Under the pieces are notes generated by a model. The model was not told where the DNA came from and ran no database searches. It saw nothing but the letters and a program-made list of their open reading frames with translations. Both the position numbers and the translations under genes were made by a program. From a virus, in the UHGV virus genome UHGV-1882326: 64,000 bases of DNA; one strand, given 5' to 3'. Positions 47,841 to 56,934 of this stretch are shown piece after piece (the stretch's first letter is position 1; every line of letters starts with the position of its first letter).

Positions 47841-48599
47841 TTAGACCGTTTTTGAACATTTTTTACAAACTGCAAATAAAGTGTTGTCAACCTTAATAAG
47901 TTTACCGCATTTTGAACACATTGCATACCCCTCTTTGTAAGTCGCAATCAAAAGGTTCCCCAAATTCTCCATTTCACTGATTCTGAAAACTGGTTCCATT
48001 CCTTCATAATCATCTAACATTTTTACTCTAATATTCAAATTGTCACAAGAATTTGTAGTTTCAACCAAACCTCTGCTTTTTAATTTGCCAATCAGCTTCA
48101 TGCGCTCAAAAGCAGTACAAGCCACATTTGACAATTCAAACCAGTCTCCAATATCTTTTATGGTTTTAAGATTTAACCAACCATTAGCCGATTTATAATG
48201 AGCCATAACATACGCAGAAAACATTAACTTACGCTCTCGGTCAGTTTCTCCTTTGAATACTTGTGTCATGTCCCATGCGTAAACGTCTATATAAAGTATA
48301 TGACTTAAAGGTTTAATAATACCGTTCCTTAGATTATCATATACATTCATAATCATTTTACGCCATTTTTCATGTACGTATTCTTTTTGATAAATTTTAG
48401 TCATTGCATTTCTTACTAAATCTTCCACATGATATAATGCATAATCAAACTCTTTATCGGAATAGTATTTAATCAACCATAAGAGAAATTTAAAAAAACC
48501 TATATCTGGTTTAACAATTTTTTCTGTTTTATCAGAATAAATATTTGTTAAAATATCTCTTACATACTGATTTTCATTAAGAATGATTTTGTTTTTCAT
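47841..48599 (-). CDS. Hypothetical protein with a C-terminal zinc ribbon
   Basis: 252 aa with a CSKCGK...CKKC C-terminus and an AGGAGTG ribosome-binding site. Confidence 0.45.
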   Translation of the reverse strand: MKNKIILNENQYVRDILTNIYSDKTEKIVKPDIGFFKFLLWLIKYYSDKEFDYALYHVEDLVRNAMTKIYQKEYVHEKWRKMIMNVYDNLRNGIIKPLSHILYIDVYAWDMTQVFKGETDRERKLMFSAYVMAHYKSANGWLNLKTIKDIGDWFELSNVACTAFERMKLIGKLKSRGLVETTNSCDNLNIRVKMLDDYEGMEPVFRISEMENLGNLLIATYKEGYAMCSKCGKLIKVDNTLFAVCKKCSKTV

Positions 48600-49889
48600 A
48601 CCTTACACTCCTAGTGAACTACTACAAAATTAAAAACCTCGTAATTTCTTGCTTCAACGTCCTCGTAACCTACTAACTCCACAAGCGTAAATTCCGATAG
48701 TTCCTACCGTACTATTTATTATTAAGTTGCACTTAAAATTCTTAGTCCTTCATTTAATATATTAATTGCGGCATTAATATCTCTATCATGCACAGTACCA
48801 CATTTAGAACATCTCCACTGACGTACAGATAAATTCTTTGTATCTTTATTAATATAACCACATACATTACAAGGTTGACTTGACTTTGTAAATCTATCAA
48901 TCTTTATATATGTGCGTCCATTCCAATCAGATTTATAACTTATCTGTCTTGTCAATTCATACCAACCACAATCAAGTATTGATTTTGAAAGATTATGATT
49001 TTTCACCATATTAGAAATTGCTAAATCTTCACTAACTATTACTTGGTTTTCGCTAATAAGTTTATATGAAATTTTATGCAAATAATCTATTCTGGTATTT
49101 TTAATTTTTTCATATACTTTTGCAAGTTTGATTCTTTGCTTCTGATAATTCTTACTACCTTTTTCTTTATGAAAAAGTTTACGCTGTTCTTTAGCAAGTT
49201 TTTTCTCATATTTTTTAGTAAGTTTAAGATTATCAAACTTTTCTCCATCAGAAGTTATAAGTAAATCCTTAATGCCTAAATCAATTCCAATAGAATTGTT
49301 TGTATGCTCTAATGAAATATGTTCTGTTTCTATTAAAATAGATACAAAATATTTACCAGAGGGAACTTGCGAAATAGTAGCAGATTTAATTTTTCCAGTA
49401 AATTCTCTATGAATTTTTGCTTTCACCCATTTAAGTTTTGGAAGTTTAATTTTATTGTTATCAAAAGAAACTTCAATATTATTATTTGCGAAATTTGTTT
49501 TATAAGATTTTTTATTATCTCGTTTGCTTTTGAACTTTGGATAACCAGTATGTTCTTTAAAGAATTTTTGATAAGCGGAGTCCATATTATAAATGGAATT
49601 TGTCAAAGACCATTTATCAACCTCTCTAAGCCATTCATATTCTTTTTTTAGTTGTCTATTACAATAGTTATTCAAATCAATTTTACTCATAGAAACACTT
49701 TCATTTTTATATTTATTGATTTTAAGATTTAAACACTGATTATAAACAAACCTGCAACAGCCAAAAGTTTTTTGGATTAAAATTTTTTGTTCTTTGTTTG
49801 GATATAATCTGTATTTATAGGCTTTTAACATTTACTTATCACCTCCAATCTATTTATATTATATATTCTACTACATTTTCATTAACTTG
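48600..49889 (-). mobile_element. IS200/IS605-family TnpB-only element (copy 2)
   Basis: It has its own TTGACA-17-TAGAAT promoter. Its right end is homologous to the IStron right end (gtaggaacta...agaa(a)ttacg...taatttt(g)tag). Confidence 0.5.
48722..49831 (-). CDS. tnpB: TnpB (IS605 OrfB family)
   Basis: It has the MLKAYKYRLYPNKEQ N-terminus, a RuvC-like core and a C-terminal zinc finger CNVCG...CSKCG. Confidence 0.85.
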   Translation of the reverse strand: MLKAYKYRLYPNKEQKILIQKTFGCCRFVYNQCLNLKINKYKNESVSMSKIDLNNYCNRQLKKEYEWLREVDKWSLTNSIYNMDSAYQKFFKEHTGYPKFKSKRDNKKSYKTNFANNNIEVSFDNNKIKLPKLKWVKAKIHREFTGKIKSATISQVPSGKYFVSILIETEHISLEHTNNSIGIDLGIKDLLITSDGEKFDNLKLTKKYEKKLAKEQRKLFHKEKGSKNYQKQRIKLAKVYEKIKNTRIDYLHKISYKLISENQVIVSEDLAISNMVKNHNLSKSILDCGWYELTRQISYKSDWNGRTYIKIDRFTKSSQPCNVCGYINKDTKNLSVRQWRCSKCGTVHDRDINAAINILNEGLRILSAT

Positions 49890-50564
49890 TCAACCATTTT
49901 CATGCAATTTCTTTAAATTTTCTATTATTAAATCACCGACAACAGCCCAACAAAAGTATTTATTCTTATTCTGCCCATAACATAAATCAAGCATAATATT
50001 AACAAGTCTGTCTTTGTTTGGACAAATTTCTTCTGCTCTTGCTCTAAATTCATGCTGTATGCTCATTACTCTTATATTTGCTTCTTCTGTACTTAAATTT
50101 TTCTCAATCACAATTTTCTTAAATTGCTTAATACGTTTAATGTATTCTTTTTCAAGATTTTCAATATCTTCTCTTGTTTTAGGTGAACTTCTTTGAATAG
50201 GAGATTTAAGAAATTCATAATCAAAGCCTTTGGCTTTAAGTTCTGTCACTCTACCATCAAATTCACTTTCTATATATCGACAAATTCGGTTCATAGTAGA
50301 ATCAGAAATGTTTACAGGCATTTTTATATCGTACCATTCTAAAAATTTTTGCTGTTCTTCTGTAAGATTTTGTTTTTTTCTTAGTTCATTTACTTTACAG
50401 CCATAAAGCATAACACATTTAAGGTCACAATTTTTTATATAACTATCGTAATCTTTCTTTAAAGAAGAATAATTATAAATAAAGTAATAAGGCTTTTTAT
50501 CTGTTACGATTATTTTATCTAATGTAGTGGTACATAATTTTGAAACATACCAATACTTAGGCAT
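49890..50564 (-). CDS. Hypothetical
   Basis: 224 aa. Confidence 0.45.
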   Translation of the reverse strand: MPKYWYVSKLCTTTLDKIIVTDKKPYYFIYNYSSLKKDYDSYIKNCDLKCVMLYGCKVNELRKKQNLTEEQQKFLEWYDIKMPVNISDSTMNRICRYIESEFDGRVTELKAKGFDYEFLKSPIQRSSPKTREDIENLEKEYIKRIKQFKKIVIEKNLSTEEANIRVMSIQHEFRARAEEICPNKDRLVNIMLDLCYGQNKNKYFCWAVVGDLIIENLKKLHENG

Positions 50565-50568
50565 TTCC

Positions 50569-50781
50569 TTACATACAATTCCTTTTAATTTCCTTTATAC
50601 CCTCTGTCACCAGATATTTATTGGGGGAGTAGACTATCTCTTCACTTAATATTTCTATTAAGGTTCGGCACTTCCAAACAAGGACTTTCACCTTGAATGT
50701 ACTGGTTTCATAATCTTTATACAAAGACCGTATACCATAGTCGTTACACCGTTCAAAAACGTCACCGTTTAAGCTTGGCAC
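50569..50781 (-). CDS. Hypothetical small protein
   Basis: 70 aa. Confidence 0.35.
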   Translation of the reverse strand: MPSLNGDVFERCNDYGIRSLYKDYETSTFKVKVLVWKCRTLIEILSEEIVYSPNKYLVTEGIKEIKRNCM

Positions 50782-50793
50782 GATATTGAGTTA

Positions 50794-51597
50794 TTACAAA
50801 TATAAGCTAAACAATTCTTTTTGTGGAGCATATTCTCCATAATATTCTTTTTCAGCTATAAGTCTTGTTTTTATAGCTTCTTCTTTTGTATCAAATCTTC
50901 CTAAATTTATTCTTTTATAATTATACCCTATTCTAGCTATCCATTTATTTTCTCTCTTATTATAACAAACACCAGAAACACCAGAAGTATTATTTTTATG
51001 TGTTGAAGCATTTTTCGCATTTTCGCTAGGAGAACAAATTCTTAAATTATTTTCTGTGCAATCATAAGTATTTCTATTTATGTGGTCTACAATTTTATCT
51101 TTCATTATTCCATTTGTTTTTGCAACTTCCACATCTTTAAAATATATTAATCTGTGTAATATTAAATTTTCTCTTGTTTCTCCTTTTTTGTTTCGATTAT
51201 CTCCTAAATGCGCTCTGGCATATTTTTTATATGCGAACCAATAAAATTGAGAAACCAACTCATAATTTTTTAAATCTATTTTTACTTTTTCTAATGAATT
51301 ATTAAAACATAAGAAGCAGTAATCTTTTCCTTCTGGAAAAATATATTTATTTTCTTTTTTACGGCTTTCTGAAATTTTATTTCTTCTTTCTAAATTTCTT
51401 TGTTCTTTATTGCACTCACAATCTATAATTTTATTATTATTAAGATAAGTTCCTTTTATTGCTTGTACTCTACCACATAATTTACATTCACAGTCAAAAT
51501 AGGATATTTTATTTTTACTACTTAATTCTTCGTTTATTTTTATTACATACCATGTATCAAATGTTAAGCCTTCTAATTGTAATCTCTTATTTGACAT
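50794..51597 (-). CDS. HNH homing endonuclease with a C-terminal AP2 DNA-binding domain
   Basis: The HNH motif is VDHINRNTYDCTENNLRICSPSENAKN. The AP2-like segment is SGVSGVCYNKRENKWIARIGYNYKRINLGRFDTKEEA. Confidence 0.7.
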   Translation of the reverse strand: MSNKRLQLEGLTFDTWYVIKINEELSSKNKISYFDCECKLCGRVQAIKGTYLNNNKIIDCECNKEQRNLERRNKISESRKKENKYIFPEGKDYCFLCFNNSLEKVKIDLKNYELVSQFYWFAYKKYARAHLGDNRNKKGETRENLILHRLIYFKDVEVAKTNGIMKDKIVDHINRNTYDCTENNLRICSPSENAKNASTHKNNTSGVSGVCYNKRENKWIARIGYNYKRINLGRFDTKEEAIKTRLIAEKEYYGEYAPQKELFSLYL

Positions 51598-51708
51598 AAT
51601 CTCCTTTCTTTATATTTTATAATAACTCTTCCATCGTTAGCAAGATTTTTATAATCTCACACCCTATATTTATAGGTTCACCGAATTTTACTTGAACTCA
51701 ACAAAAAG

Positions 51709-51996
51709 TCAATCCAAGGTATTTTGCTGATATAACTGCCCACACAAAATACGTTTTGATAATTCTTTATATTCATTAGTGTTTTCATTAAATAAAGCCA
51801 ATTTATCTATTTGTGCTGATACTCTATTAGTGATTGTTCCAACTTCTGAGCCTAAACCCATACGGTTACTTTTTCTAATATCATTTCTTTTAACAACTTT
51901 CTTCTCGCCTTTACGTTGCACACAATCAATAGAATTTGTATATCTGTAAGTATTTAAAAGTATATTATTATTCGTGGAATAAATTGTGTCACTCAT
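51709..51996 (-). CDS. Hypothetical
   Basis: 95 aa. Confidence 0.4.
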   Translation of the reverse strand: MSDTIYSTNNNILLNTYRYTNSIDCVQRKGEKKVVKRNDIRKSNRMGLGSEVGTITNRVSAQIDKLALFNENTNEYKELSKRILCGQLYQQNTLD

Positions 51997-52201
51997 TATT
52001 ACCGCCTATTTCTAGGTACTTTAACATTGATTTAACAATCGGTTTAGGTCATATCATCATAGTTTAAAACTATGGAAGGCACTTCGATTTAAAGGAATTT
52101 CACCTACTATATTGCTATAGCCCTACTTCTATTGCTCTGTTTAACGACTGAGCCAAGGAATGACCGTCTGACTTTTATAAATATTTACATTACTTTTTTA
52201 A

Positions 52202-52771
52202 TCAATAATTCCAAATTTCTCTAGTTACAACTCTTTTAACCAAATTCCATTTATTCTTTTGTTTTCTATAGGTATCTAATTCTGGATGCATAATTCTTAC
52301 TATTTCCATTACGGTTTTACCTTCGTCATATAATCTTCTTATTTTCTCTACATCTTCACCTGTATATTTTGCTCTACCATTATTTTCACCTTGTCTACCC
52401 TTACAATAAGTTTCATAATTATTTTTAATAGTATAAGCAATATTTTCAACATGTGTTATCCATTCAAGATTTTCAAAATAACTATCTGTTCTTATAAAAT
52501 TTTTATGATTAACTTCTAAAGGTTCGTCTGTTTCTGGTTTTGGAACAAATACCATAGCAACAACACGGTGTACAGTTATAGACCGTCTATTTTTAAGATT
52601 GCCTAATGTTACTATTGGATAACCGTCTGGATTTAGTCTTTGTTTGACCATTCCTCTTTCTGGTGCTATAATTCTTCCGTAATTGCTTACTTTATATTTT
52701 AGCCCATTAAATTCCCAATCTTTCCATTCTTCTGGCTTTCTTTTAGGGGTTAATCTTTTTGAATTTTTCAA
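52202..52771 (-). CDS. HNH endonuclease (NUMOD4-like N-terminus + HNH_3)
   Basis: The N-terminus has YKVSNYGRI and the HNH region is VHRVVAMVFVP...EVNHKNFIRTDSYFENLEWITHVENI. The start is TTG after AAGGAGG. Confidence 0.7.
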   Translation of the reverse strand: MKNSKRLTPKRKPEEWKDWEFNGLKYKVSNYGRIIAPERGMVKQRLNPDGYPIVTLGNLKNRRSITVHRVVAMVFVPKPETDEPLEVNHKNFIRTDSYFENLEWITHVENIAYTIKNNYETYCKGRQGENNGRAKYTGEDVEKIRRLYDEGKTVMEIVRIMHPELDTYRKQKNKWNLVKRVVTREIWNY

Positions 52772-52969
52772 TTACTATACCTCCTTATCTTAAGCAATGT
52801 AAATATTTATACTTAGCACAGGATTATCTTGCTGTTCCACTCAGTTTAGACTTCCCCTGTTAGCATATTCATTCATTGTCATTTCCTACAATTACTAATT
52901 CGTTGAATATACACCCAACTCTGTTGGTTCACACTTCTGCGTTGTACATTTAGTACAAAGGACTAACAT

Positions 52970-54484
52970 TTAATCAAAGTCACAACCGTTCAATGCCATA
53001 CATGTAGTATCCCAATCATTTAACACCATCATTGTATTAGAATATTTATACCATTCTTGACATTTTTTATCATTGTTTACTCTCATTTTTCTAATATTAT
53101 TATGTGAAGTCATAGGAGAACGAAAGCAAACTACTTCATTCACACCTTTATCAGCCCAGTATTGTGAATATATTTCATTAGCTTTAAGCAGACCAGTGAT
53201 TTCTAACCCATATATACTTTGCATTAAAGCATAAGGGTCTCCCATAACTATCTGATAATTTCCCTCAACTTTTAATTTACCAATCTTAGCTTGATTAATC
53301 TTTTTCTTAATCATCTTGTTAATTCTATCAATCACATAAGGGTCATTCATCATTCTTTCGTCTAAATACAACGCCTGTGCATAATCTTTAGTTTTAGTTT
53401 TTTCACCAACTCCTAAAAATTCTTTTGTTTTTTGGTAATCACCGCCAAACGCCATTTTTAGCCAGTCAACAGTAGGTTTACACAATTCCACAATTTGTTC
53501 ATCTGTCAGTTCATAACTTTGCAAATACTGATAATTTGTTTCTCTTGTATCCTCTAACTTTTTAGGTGTTACTTTTGTAGCAGAAAACCTATATCCATTT
53601 TCATAATAACACTTGTGGTATTCTTCCCAACTAGAATAATTATCCCATAGTTTAAGACTGGATTCAGTGATAATCATATCCACATCTCGAATATCTCTTT
53701 CAGTACCCCAAATATCTTTTACTTTATATCCCTTACCAACTTCCTCAGCAAATTTTATAATCTCAAAGACATTCAACATACCTTTCATATAAGCATTTCT
53801 TAAACAAATACCACTTGGCAAATAATCAAGACCTAATTTATCAGCAACTCTTTGCATATATTCTGGTGTACAAAGATTCATGCCGTCACTGCCGTTGTTT
53901 TCCAACTCTACACCAAATTTTTCCTCAACGATAGGTTCATCTGTTTCACTATCATCAATCCTAACCACTTCACCCTTAAATTTAGTGATACAATCTCGTA
54001 CAACCAATACAGAGCGTGGTTCTGGTATCTCAACGGACGCTGAATAGGTCAGAGCAATATAAGCCTCTAATTTAGCCGGTATAGCCTTGTAATCTTTCTT
54101 CCTACCACAATCAGTCCTTTTAATTAACTCTGGTAAAATATCTTCTCTCACAAACAATAAAGTATTATTTTTAAGACCACCAGTAGTTCCAACAACCCAC
54201 AAAAACCTTTTACCATTTAAAATCACACCAGTTTTAGACGTAACTTTGTCATAGTCACTCATTGAGGAAATCTCCACAGCAAGCATTAAATCCGTCATAT
54301 CTTGCTTGTATCGTTTGTTACCTATAATTGTAATTAAATCTATCAGTCGAAATGCTTGTGAATCAAATAAGTCAATCAATTCGTCTAAACGAACTGCCAA
54401 TTCTTTAGATAAAGTAATCTGCCAGTTATTCATTCGGAATCGTTCAGACGAAATCTTGAAAATCTTTCTACGTTTATTTTGCAT
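52970..54484 (-). CDS. Large hypothetical early protein (504 aa)
   Basis: It has an AAGGAGG ribosome-binding site. No confident motif was found. It is the first gene of the leftward early transcript. Confidence 0.5.
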   Translation of the reverse strand: MQNKRRKIFKISSERFRMNNWQITLSKELAVRLDELIDLFDSQAFRLIDLITIIGNKRYKQDMTDLMLAVEISSMSDYDKVTSKTGVILNGKRFLWVVGTTGGLKNNTLLFVREDILPELIKRTDCGRKKDYKAIPAKLEAYIALTYSASVEIPEPRSVLVVRDCITKFKGEVVRIDDSETDEPIVEEKFGVELENNGSDGMNLCTPEYMQRVADKLGLDYLPSGICLRNAYMKGMLNVFEIIKFAEEVGKGYKVKDIWGTERDIRDVDMIITESSLKLWDNYSSWEEYHKCYYENGYRFSATKVTPKKLEDTRETNYQYLQSYELTDEQIVELCKPTVDWLKMAFGGDYQKTKEFLGVGEKTKTKDYAQALYLDERMMNDPYVIDRINKMIKKKINQAKIGKLKVEGNYQIVMGDPYALMQSIYGLEITGLLKANEIYSQYWADKGVNEVVCFRSPMTSHNNIRKMRVNNDKKCQEWYKYSNTMMVLNDWDTTCMALNGCDFD

Positions 54485-54620
54485 ATAATGTTTTAGACCT
54501 CCTTTATATATTTATTATATATTATAATATATATTATTACATATTAATATTATAAAGTCAATAGTATTTATTATATATATTATAATTTTATATTAATTAT
54601 TATTATTTATATAAAAAAAT

Positions 54621-54830
54621 AGAGGAATTGGGGAATCAAACCATGCAAGTTGCTAAATTTAGCGTCATGGTGGGACAAAAGACGCTTGTCGGCTTTTGGA
54701 ACGCCATAGCTGAATTTGCTTTACGCAACTTCTGCATGGTTTGAAATTGCAAGTAAATTTCAAGGAATTGGCGTGTCTGTGACACGACAATGACTGCTAT
54801 TTACGGCAATCCCCTAAGCCACTACATAAA
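54621..54830. other. GC-rich structured island with nested inverted repeats in the divergent control region (candidate ori or ncRNA)
   Basis: A 17-bp long-range stem pairs caaaccatgcaagttgc (54637-54653) with gcaacttctgcatggtttg (54725-54743). Inner hairpins are agcgtc/gacgct, gaaatt/aatttc and cgtgtc/gacacg, and GGAATTGG occurs twice. Confidence 0.35.
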
Positions 54831-54885
54831 GAACCAATAACAATTTACATATTTACATTAATATTATATAATATATATTATACCC

Positions 54886-54920
54886 CTTGACATATTCTAT
54901 ATTATATGATATAATCGGAG
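54886..54920 (+). promoter_or_regulatory. Consensus sigma-A promoter (TTGACA-17-TATAAT)
   Basis: ccTTGACAtattctatattatatgaTATAATcgg. It drives the rightward early genes with a ~170-nt leader. Confidence 0.6.
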
Positions 54921-55099
54921 TATGAAGTTGATTAATAGTAATAGAAAGTATAAAAGTTTTTGAATTTTTGTACTATCAAATGTATCTAATAAGGTGTTCT
55001 CTATATCTGATACATTTACTAGTACAAAAAAATAAAAACTATATAATTTTTATTGAGTTTGCTTACATTTTAAAAAATACCAAAAAAGGAGAAATGATT

Positions 55100-56113
55100 A
55101 TGGAATTAGAATTTAACAAACCCTATAAATACAAAGATTTATGTAATTTTTTTAATTTAGAGCCAAAAACAGGAACAACTAAAATTTACCAAATTAAAAG
55201 ATTACAAAAAGAATACGAAATTGAAAAATTAGGAACAAACTATGTTTTTATTAAAAAATATACAAAAGAAGAAATAGAATTAGCTGAACAAACAGAAAAA
55301 TTAAAAGGTGTTTATCAATCTTATGTAGAATCTATTCTCACTGAATTAATCGCAAGACAAAATAATGGTATTCTTAGAATGTCTACCACAGAATTACTGA
55401 GAGAAGTAGGTTTTATAAACGAAGATTTTAGTTACTGCAAATATAATAGTTACTTTTCTTCTTTAGTCCTCAAAACAGACGAAATAGATTTACACGAATA
55501 TACAGAAATTGTATATAAACAGTTATCTCATTTATTAAGAACCATTATTCAAAATTTACATGATAAGCATTATCTTATTAGTAGGCAATGCTTTAGATTA
55601 TTAAAAGTTGTTAATACTGGAATGAATGGAACTAAAATTCAGTCACAATACGAAGTTCCTATTGAAACAAAAGAAGAACAGGATATTTTAAAAATTTATC
55701 TTAATACAGCACGTTCTTTAGGGTATAATGATGTTAAAGATTTATATGCTAAATTTAAAGATGTAGAAAAATTTAAGGATTTAGTAGGCAAAGAAATCAA
55801 TAAAATCTATCCAGAGTATAATGCTGTGTGTAAAGTATATAGTTTAAGTAGTGATAGAATGACAGCTTTAGATAATAGTACGAAAATTAAGAACGAACTT
55901 ACTCAAAAGATTAGAAAAAAGATTGAGGGCTCAAAAGCAACTATTGGTATGGAAGATTTAGCATTATATGTTGAAGCTACAATCGACCCAAAAAGAATCT
56001 ATCAAATTAAAGAGAAATTTTCTAAATATGGTCATTTACTTAGAGAAAATCCAGAATTATTAAGACAAACTTTATTTAAAGAAAATGAAGATATTATGTT
56101 TTTTCATAACTAA
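55100..56113 (+). CDS. Hypothetical early protein, paralog A of 56935..57870
   Basis: The start is the ATG 8 nt after AAAAAGGAG (the track begins at 54968). It shares blocks with the paralog (KPYKYKDLC / RTYRYKELC, KGVYQSYVESIL / KGMYQKLLEAIL). Confidence 0.5.
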   Translation: MELEFNKPYKYKDLCNFFNLEPKTGTTKIYQIKRLQKEYEIEKLGTNYVFIKKYTKEEIELAEQTEKLKGVYQSYVESILTELIARQNNGILRMSTTELLREVGFINEDFSYCKYNSYFSSLVLKTDEIDLHEYTEIVYKQLSHLLRTIIQNLHDKHYLISRQCFRLLKVVNTGMNGTKIQSQYEVPIETKEEQDILKIYLNTARSLGYNDVKDLYAKFKDVEKFKDLVGKEINKIYPEYNAVCKVYSLSSDRMTALDNSTKIKNELTQKIRKKIEGSKATIGMEDLALYVEATIDPKRIYQIKEKFSKYGHLLRENPELLRQTLFKENEDIMFFHN

Positions 56114-56196
56114 TAACTAAGAGCGTCCAAACGGACGTTCTTTTTTATTATTTAATTCTACTAATATATTTATTACAAAATATTTTAAAAAAATAC

Positions 56197-56232
56197 TCTT
56201 GACTTATATGTTTTCTTATGCTATTGTATAAG
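56197..56232 (+). promoter_or_regulatory. Promoter (TTGACT-17-TATTGT with TGtATAAG)
   Basis: ctcTTGACTtatatgttttcttatgcTATTGTATAAG. Confidence 0.4.
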
Positions 56233-56261
56233 TATCACATACAGAAAGGTGGTATAACAAA

Positions 56262-56933
56262 TTGGAGAAACCGATAAAGAAAATTATTATTATTAATGGT
56301 TCTGGTGGAGTTGGTAAGGATGCTTTTGCTAAAAGAGTTATTGAAGAAACTGTTAAATTGGCAAAATGTGTTGTTCCAGTTGAAAATGAAAATTATTGTG
56401 TAAATCCAGAAATTTTTTATAAAATCAATAATACTTCTATTATTGATTATGTAAAAAATATTGCTAGAATGTTTGGTTGGAATGACGAGAAATCTGAAAA
56501 AGACAGAAAAATGTTAAGTGACCTAAAGGATTTAATAACGGTATATAATGATTATCTTTTTAAAGATATTACGACACAAATTAATGATTGGTTGTATTAT
56601 GACAAAACAAGATTAAATGATATGTACGACCATTCATTTCTTTTTGTCCACTGTAGAGAGCCTAAAGAAATTGAAAGGATAAAGAATCAATTTCCTAATG
56701 ACACTTTTACTTTATTAGTACAGAATCCTAAAGTTGCAAAAGTAACTGGTAATCATGCTGATAGAGAAGTTGAAAATTATAACTATGATTTTATTGTAGT
56801 TAATGATTCTAACCTTAGAGCATTAAGAAAAGTTGCTATTGACTTTTATAAGAAAATCTTTAATCAAGGTTTTACAAAGTATAAGTTTGTTGCTTCTGAT
56901 TATGATTTCAGTCCAGAAGAATGGAATGATTAA
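56262..56933 (+). CDS. P-loop nucleotide kinase (phage dNMP-kinase-like)
   Basis: The N-terminal KIIIINGSGGVGKDAFAKRV resembles the Walker A of T4 gp1-type dNMP kinases. Confidence 0.55.
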   Translation: MEKPIKKIIIINGSGGVGKDAFAKRVIEETVKLAKCVVPVENENYCVNPEIFYKINNTSIIDYVKNIARMFGWNDEKSEKDRKMLSDLKDLITVYNDYLFKDITTQINDWLYYDKTRLNDMYDHSFLFVHCREPKEIERIKNQFPNDTFTLLVQNPKVAKVTGNHADREVENYNYDFIVVNDSNLRALRKVAIDFYKKIFNQGFTKYKFVASDYDFSPEEWND

Positions 56934-56934
56934 A

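Noticed and set aside
54661-54700. T-box or riboswitch-like element (CATGGTGGGAC resembles AGGGTGGNACCGCG)
   Set aside because: The match is partial. The element lies outside both mapped transcripts and lacks the specifier/antiterminator architecture.
54641-54742. 33-aa ORF MQVAKFSVMVGQKTLVGFWNAIAEFALRNFCMV inside the GC-rich island
   Set aside because: It has a weak ribosome-binding site and an ambiguous start, and it is bounded exactly by the long inverted repeat. It is kept only as an alternative explanation in the finding, not as a feature.
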